Assembly (NCBI GenBank): GCA_000320545.1
Contig: ADNK01000013.1
Coordinates: 1 to 50,487 of the forward strand
From: Bigelowiella natans CCMP2755
Lineage: Eukaryota > Protista > Cercozoa
Length of the DNA: 50,487 nt
Direction: 5' to 3'
Part shown: one piece after another, positions 43,672 to 50,487 of the stretch
Layout of the letters: every line of letters begins with the position of its first letter
Position numbering within the stretch: the stretch's first letter is position 1
Program-made: the position numbers and the translations under genes
The notes under the pieces: generated by a model
Told to the model about the DNA's origin: nothing
Database searches by the model: none
What the model saw: only the letters and a program-made list of their open reading frames with translations

Positions 43672-44189
43672 CGCGAGTTCGACCGGGTGCACCAATGAGT
43701 TACGAGGAGATAATTAAAGGCAAAACGTAGGCTGTTTGTACAGCTGCGACATCTATTTATTGACCAAAAATCGAGTTCATGTGCCAGCACTTGGTAAAAA
43801 ATTTAAGGTTAGGAAATCCGAGAAATGTTTCAGTTCGAAGAAGCATTTCACTCAGGAACTGGCTCTCCTTTTAGTGAGTGGAGAAGAAAAATAAAGTGAA
43901 TATTTTAGTAGTTTTGCGGTTTGAATTTGTCCTTTTTTCCCATCCCAATTCCTACGACGACAGAGCAAGAACAAGAACTAGAAGAAGAGGAGGGATCCGC
44001 CCTCAAGATCTGCTTCATCATGCTTTAGGAAGCCTCTCAAGCGTACAGCTAAAAAAATGGTCGGGCACATAATTTTTTTAGCACTGGGCCTGATTTTCTC
44101 CGTCATTTCCGTTCGAAAGCAACGTCGTAAATGCACTTCCCCTGAGCACCGCTCAAAAGATACCACTACTTTGTTTGTTGTTTGATGTG

Positions 44190-45180
44190 ATGGAACAGTC
44201 ATCCGAAATAAGGGTTGGGAAGTCGTACCGCCTGGGGAAAAAGATCAACTCCGGCTCGTTCGGGGAAATTTATCGTGGCCTTAACGTAGTGAACCGCCAA
44301 TCGGTGGCAATAAAACTGGAGAGTCGCAAGGCCTCCTTCCCGCAGTTGGTGTTTGAAAGCAAGGTTTACAAAATCCTCAAGGGGGGGCTGGGCATCCCCA
44401 AAGTATTCTGGTCTGGGAAGGAAGGAGACTTCAATGTCCTTGTCATGGAACTTATGGGGCCCTCCCTCGAGGGCTTATTCGAATACTGCGACAGAAGGTG
44501 CGAGAATGAATATTCGATGCCCCTTTCATGCCTCTCTTCTACTTCCGTTCACATTGCCGAAAGGGAGAGGTGAATCCAATATTCATTGGGATCAATGCTA
44601 CACCTGAAAATCCCAGGTTCTCACTGAAAACGACGTTAATGCTCGCTGACCAAATGATCACACGGATAGAGTACATGCACTCCTGCAACATGATCCACAG
44701 GGACATCAAACCCGACAATTTTGTCATCGGAAATGGGCGGAAATCCTCCCTTATACACGTCATTGACTTCGGGTTCTCGACGAATTTCACTGACACATAG
44801 ACGCTTATCGACAGAATGTGTACCCTTCCTCCTCTCTCTCCCCCGCTATGTATCACCGTTTGCCCTTCACCTTTTCACCATCCACCTTTAGTAGTCTCGT
44901 GCAAAATATCAATCTCTTGCTTTATGATATCTTTTCTTTGCATTATTCTCCTAGATTGGCAATGAAGTATCGGCACCACAAGACACATCAGCACATTGAA
45001 TACAGCAGTGACAAAAATCTTACAGGAACTGCTCGCTATGCCAGGTGGTGTTTAACGTACACAGACGACAACCCTCTCTTTCTATCAAGGAGAGACAGAC
45101 AGAGAGAGAGAGAGAGAGAGAGATGTTTAATACTAAAATATATATTGCTCGTATTACAAAAGTCTGCTTTAAACTCTCGT

Positions 45181-45222
<42 letters not shown>

Positions 45223-45504
45223 CACACATATGTATATATGCACATATGTGTTTGTGTGTGTGTGTGTGTGTTGCTCGGTGAATCTTCCCACCACAGCATC
45301 AACGCGCACGTGGGTGTCCAACAGAGCCGCAGGGACGATATGGAGAGCCTTGGTTACATATTCATCTACTTCATGAAGGGCGCTCTCCCCTGGCAAGGGC
45401 TAACCGCCAATGTGAAGGAGGATAAGTACAAACTCATCGGAAAGAAGAAGGTGAATCATCGGCACCAGCAAGGAGGGAGGAGGAGAAAGGAGACGGGGGA
45501 GAAG

Positions 45505-45542
<38 letters not shown>

Positions 45543-46509
45543 GTTAGTTCTAATTTGAGCATATTCCCTTCTCATTTAACATCATACGAAAAATGCTAAA
45601 AGTGATACTACTGGCAAAATGTTAAAACAAACAGGAGAACATCTCGGTGGAGGAACTCTGTAAAGACCTTCCTCCCGCTTTTGGAAAGTACCTCAACTAT
45701 TGTCGTCAGCTGGGGTTCAAAGCGCAGCCAGACTATGCGTATCTAAAACGGCTATTTCGCGACCTGTTCTTGGAAGAAAGTCAGTAAGAAAATAGAGGGC
45801 GGCCACACTTACCATGATTTACATAAATTTATGTGGCCGCAAAAGTGATGTAATATGATAATCAATACGACTCAGAATGCCTTTCTTTTGCAAAATTATC
45901 TTACCACGACCACTACCGACAGACATGACGATGGATCTCAAATTCGACTGGTTCAAAAAGAGCAGCAGTGATAGCGGCAGCAGGAAGACGAGGACTTCCA
46001 CCTCATCCCCTCCTGAAAAGAAGAAGCGAGGGGGCGGTGACACGAGTGGTGGTGCCAGCGCCAGCAGGAACGTATCAGCAGTAGCAACAACGGCCACAAA
46101 GGAGCAGCGCGTGAGTCCTCAGCTGCAGCGTTCAAGAACACAGCAGAAACAGAAACACCAACAGCCACCGCGCCAGCAGCGATCTATAATTAAGAAGGCC
46201 AGCACTTTCAGCGCGGGCTTTAGTAGTAAATGCACATTGGGGTCCAAAAGATTTGGTAGCGGTAGCGGCGGTAGCGGCAGTAGCAGCAATGACCCAACGA
46301 ACAAGGTCAGCACAGCAACCCGGAGGCAAGTAGGATCCGGAATGCTGAGGCAGCACAATCAAGCGAGTAGCGAATCTACGACCAAAATGCTGCCAAGAAG
46401 ACGCCTGCTTTTGAAGAAACATAGCAACAGCTCTACGTTATTGCAGAGGAATGGATCGAAGGTAGTTGTGCAGGATTTGAAGATGGCACACAAGCAAAGG
46501 CCCGTGTAG
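44190..46509 (+). CDS. CK1: Casein kinase 1 (delta/epsilon-like) with S/Q/K-rich tail
   Basis: [66 protein letters not shown]|[11 protein letters not shown]|[28 protein letters not shown]. Confidence 0.95.
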
Positions 46510-47028
46510 CTTTGTGAGAATCCAGGAGCATTATGTTTGCTCTAGACCTGCGCTTTACATGATAGTAGGAGCTATGGTTATGCGATAGCAAAGTATTCAC
46601 GTATTCTTCGGCTGTGTCAAAATATGACATGGCGCTTAAGCATAGTAGTACCAACATACCGAATAATTCAATTAACACCAATAAATAGGCTTAATACGGC
46701 GCTGCTAGACATGCAAAAAAAACATAAATGATGCGTAAAATCGGCGGCAGGCTAGACGATTGTCGACTGTTTTAATTACTACCGCAGCTAATGCTGCATG
46801 CAGCTGCAATAAATTGCCAGATGGAACTTCTAGAAATTTATAGTGCTCTCGACAGGCACAGGGAATATCAGTCATAATCGATTGCTCAGCTGTTCATGGC
46901 GGCGCATGGATGTATGTATTATACGTACGTACAAATACGTGTTTGCAAACGTAGATTGCCCTTCGGCTACACTAGGACTAGTGCAAGGAGCGAGCCCTAA
47001 CTCATGTATGCGGTATCACCACATCTAC

Positions 47029-49407
47029 TTAGTCAGATGTTGGTTGCATAGCCTTTTCATATTTTTGCGTGTGTCGCCGTAGTATCTTCTGTAGCTTCTT
47101 TCGAGCACTCTTGGAGAGAGGTTCCCCGTCCGCATCGTGCGTTGGTATCCCGTTGGAGTCGAATTTGGAGTATAATTCTGGATCTTTATGTCGGAAAAAC
47201 TGATCCGGTGGAATCTTAGATTCTTCCATCTTTTTTGCGAGTTGTGCCTCTCTTTCATTTTTCTGCAGTTCCTCAGCATCCCTAAGTTTTTGTTCCTGCT
47301 TTTGCTGATGTAATGGCCAGTCCGAGATCTTATAGCTTCCATCAGGTAAATCACTGAGTTTTTTGCCCAATTCTGGGAGGATGCGGTCACGAGCCTCATC
47401 GCTCCACTCCAAAACAACCTGGGCTTGGTCCGATGTCAGCTCTTTCTCAGCCTTCACGGCTACACGTACGCTGGCGCGGCAGTCAGCTATGGCTTTAGGC
47501 AAAGATCTACTGTCATCTTTTATGTCGCTACTACCCCCAATTCCGCGCAAGTTATCCTGTCGCAGTGACCATAACGATGTCGTCTCCCGAAACTCTCTCA
47601 CTCCGAGCATGCTTAACATTCGTGCAATATATTCCCAGACGGTGTGGGTCGTATCTACTGCGTGATTATAATTACTGCTGTCTCCTCCTCTGATGTTTTC
47701 AGCTGCGTTGATGTATTTCTGCGTATCCGAGGCGAGTTGAAGCAAGCATCTAAGCGCAGAAGGCGTGTCGAAATTGTTGGAGAGGCTGTTTCGGAGCTCC
47801 CTCTTTCTAGTGGAAAGGTCTCGATGTAGACCTGCAGACAGACTTAGCAGCAGAGAATCACTCAAACCTTTTCCCTCTCCTCCTCCTCCTCCTCCTCCTT
47901 CTCCTCCTTGGTCTGTGTCTCTTTGCTCTATATGTTGCTGTTGACATGTAACGTAGGCAATCTTGTCGCGAAGCTCTCTAAACTTAGCCAGAACTGATCG
48001 CGCTCCCACTAGGCCCCGTGTGGAGAAGTCAAGCCCGGAGTCGTAGTGGTGCTGAAGGCAGTATATCCGCAATTCGTCCGGTGAATAATCATGGAGAAAG
48101 TCTCGAATAGTGATGAAATTCTTCAGCGACTTTGACATCTTCAGGCCCTCGATGTTCAGGTGACCAGTGTGCATCCATGCAAGGGCCCAGCTTCGATTGC
48201 TCTCGATTTCTCCTCCTTGTGAAATTTTCCTTGATGTCCCCCCTCTGTCATCAGTTTCTGTACACTGAAAGGCTAAGCATTGAGCAATCTCATTGTTGTG
48301 GTGGGGAAATTGAAGGTCGATCCCCCCTGTATGCAACGAGAGCGTAGGACCGAAGAGATGCTGTGTCATTGCTGAGCACTCGATGTGCCAGCCTGGTCTA
48401 CCCCTCCCCCATGGTGACTCCCACGTGTATTCATCGTGATCGGTTCCCATTTTATGGGCCTTCCATAGAGCAAAGTCCCTGTGGTGTGATTTCTTCACAG
48501 CAGCAGTTTTGCCGTCGTTAGCAGTGGCATCCCCATCGGTATTGCTGCTGCCGTTATTGGATTGCCCATCACCACCCCATGAGGCGGCATTTTCCAGTTC
48601 TCGGAAAAGGCTATATTTGTATCGGCGCTCGAATGCACGGACGTCGAAGTACACATCACCTTCAACCTCGTAGCCGTACCCATTCGCAACTATCTTTTCG
48701 ATAAATGCGACAATTTGAGGCATATGCTCCGTTACGCGCAGCCTTGACATTGGAGCACGGACATTCAGCGTCCGCATGTCTTCGAAGAACTTGGCCTCGA
48801 ACTCGCGAGCGAGGGCAAGAGGAGAGCGATTGAGTTCCTTCGCTCGCTTGATAATCTTATCGTCAACGTCCGTCACCCCCATCGCATAATCAACGTCGAT
48901 GTTAAAGTAATCTACGAGGATCCTGTGCACGATATCAAAGGTAACGTACGTACGCGCATGACCAAGGTGTGCATCGTCGTAAACCGTCGGCCCGCAGGCG
49001 TACCAGCTAACTACGCCATTCTCCTGAGCCTCAAGCTCCTGCTTTTTTTTGGTCAAAGAATTTATCAAGAATACCCCCGTGCTTCTTCTCGAAGCAGAAT
49101 CTGAAGGCAACTTTCCAGTGGAAAAATTATTTGATGGACGATGGATTAGAGTGGACGAAAGAGCGTTGGTGGCGCCTTGAGAATTCCCATGGCGTAATAA
49201 ACTACGGCAGCATGCGCGAAATCCCGCGAAAGTGCGTTGGTGATTTTTGGCACGGAACAGAAGCATCGAGGGCGATGAATCTTCTTCAATGCCTTTAACC
49301 TTAGAATTCTGGCCCTCTAGTGACAAAAAAAGATACGTGTACAACAAAAGTAGCGCACAATAAACTAAGAGCTTCTTCCGCGTCCGCTTGACCTTCAACT
49401 TCTGCAC
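47029..49407 (-). CDS. CARS: Cysteinyl-tRNA synthetase with N-terminal targeting extension; true start unresolved
   Basis: WYACGPTVYDDAHLGHAR, GRPGWHIECSAM, GGIDLQFPHHNNE, KMSKSLKNF and eukaryote-type C-terminal YSKFD..GIPTHD..GEPLSKS, in a single 2.4-kb ORF. Confidence 0.95.
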   Translation of the reverse strand: MQKLKVKRTRKKLLVYCALLLLYTYLFLSLEGQNSKVKGIEEDSSPSMLLFRAKNHQRTFAGFRACCRSLLRHGNSQGATNALSSTLIHRPSNNFSTGKLPSDSASRRSTGVFLINSLTKKKQELEAQENGVVSWYACGPTVYDDAHLGHARTYVTFDIVHRILVDYFNIDVDYAMGVTDVDDKIIKRAKELNRSPLALAREFEAKFFEDMRTLNVRAPMSRLRVTEHMPQIVAFIEKIVANGYGYEVEGDVYFDVRAFERRYKYSLFRELENAASWGGDGQSNNGSSNTDGDATANDGKTAAVKKSHHRDFALWKAHKMGTDHDEYTWESPWGRGRPGWHIECSAMTQHLFGPTLSLHTGGIDLQFPHHNNEIAQCLAFQCTETDDRGGTSRKISQGGEIESNRSWALAWMHTGHLNIEGLKMSKSLKNFITIRDFLHDYSPDELRIYCLQHHYDSGLDFSTRGLVGARSVLAKFRELRDKIAYVTCQQQHIEQRDTDQGGEGGGGGGGEGKGLSDSLLLSLSAGLHRDLSTRKRELRNSLSNNFDTPSALRCLLQLASDTQKYINAAENIRGGDSSNYNHAVDTTHTVWEYIARMLSMLGVREFRETTSLWSLRQDNLRGIGGSSDIKDDSRSLPKAIADCRASVRVAVKAEKELTSDQAQVVLEWSDEARDRILPELGKKLSDLPDGSYKISDWPLHQQKQEQKLRDAEELQKNEREAQLAKKMEESKIPPDQFFRHKDPELYSKFDSNGIPTHDADGEPLSKSARKKLQKILRRHTQKYEKAMQPTSD

Positions 49408-49864
49408 GGTGACGAAGCTGGACGGACCGATCGTGCGTGTCCTATTCGTTCGTGGGAATCCTCGTGTTTATGGACACGAATACGATAAAAACGCTTCGTC
49501 TTTACTCAGTACAAGGCAACATTAGCAGGTCACGTTAGCTCCCCTCCCCTCGCAGCAGGCATTGTCTCAGATTTGGTTGTAATGCACGTGATGCGACTTT
49601 GTTATTGGCATTGTCTTTCTAATGGAAATAAGGGCATTCTTGGACTATCTGCTGCTCCCTTCTCTTCCCCGTATATTCTTGACGTCTCGAATATAGCGTT
49701 GTCGCATATGTGAAATCAATGTCATTTTCTTCATTTATTATCTTTTGTTGGCTCTCCTAGCCCCTCAGCCGAGGCCTGCAGCTTCTACTGCCACAGACGG
49801 ACTGGTAAGGAAAAGATGTCGTTCATGACAAGCCCGCGTGGTTGTGTTGTAGCCTAGCTTAAAC

Positions 49865-50107
49865 ATGAGCAGGATGCCCGAGAACAAGGAGAAGAGACTG
49901 CCACCGCGCTCAGACGGTCTCAAGCTCATCCGGGTGCTGTGTGCCGTTCATGGATTCTTACTTGCTCTTTGTAGTCTTTCACCTGAAAATCATTTTTTAC
50001 AACAGGCAACATTACGGCGATGGCTTGGATCGATGCTCGGCAACGCGACGAAATTACTATATTATAACCCGACCGTGGATACTTTCATTAGGTACGAGCT
50101 TGCATAA
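49865..50107 (+). CDS. Possible 5' exons of a further gene
   Basis: ATG-initiated ORF divergent from CysRS, with splice-like sites, followed by a microsatellite-rich intron-like stretch. Confidence 0.3.
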   Translation: MSRMPENKEKRLPPRSDGLKLIRVLCAVHGFLLALCSLSPENHFLQQATLRRWLGSMLGNATKLLYYNPTVDTFIRYELA

Positions 50108-50148
50108 TTTGTTGGAGTAGCTATTTCGTTATTGATCAGCTTGTTCCC

Positions 50149-50157
50149 TATATATAT

Positions 50158-50248
<91 letters not shown>

Positions 50249-50487
50249 GTTATAACTCACGTATATATATAATATATATAGAGAGAGAGAGAGAGAGAGC
50301 GCGCTATATATATATATATATAGAGAGTATGTGCGCGTGCATATATATATATATGTGTGCGTGTGCGTGTGCGCGTGCGCGCTCGCGAGGGCGCGTTGTT
50401 AGTTGATTGCTGATAGATGAGTAAATCTAGAGAGAGAGAGAGAGAGTGTGTGTGTGTGTGTGTGTGCGCGTGTGTGTGAGAGAGAGA
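50149..50487. repeat. Compound (TA)n/(AG)n/(TG)n microsatellite block
   Basis: About 95 nt of near-pure (TA)n followed by AG, TG and CG runs. Confidence 0.95.

Overview
Eukaryotic nuclear DNA: gene-dense, intron-rich (GT-AG) and full of microsatellites. Most ORF-track entries are microsatellite or antisense artefacts, so genes were rebuilt by hand-splicing exons. About 16 protein genes are supported: an OTU-NUDIX fusion, a CCT-domain protein, a TOM1/THH1-like 7TM protein, a double-Tudor protein, an ER-type aldo/keto reductase ending in KDEL, a GH28 hydrolase, plastid FKBP16-3, a PLAC8-PrsW fusion, a signal-peptide-bearing eL33/L35a, endonuclease V, casein kinase 1, CysRS and several unknowns. 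A green-type plastid protein with a bipartite leader and a cytosolic-type ribosomal protein with a signal peptide suggest an alga with a secondary plastid and nucleomorph, probably a chlorarachniophyte (inference). The most striking signal is three ~0.7-1.6 kb tracts almost free of TpA, enriched in TG/CA, where surviving TpA is mostly CTAG. All three lie downstream of a gene in head-to-tail spacers, and one runs through a coding exon. This suggests a localized TpA->TpG/CpA (A->G) hypermutation process. All counts were made by eye; exon boundaries are approximate.
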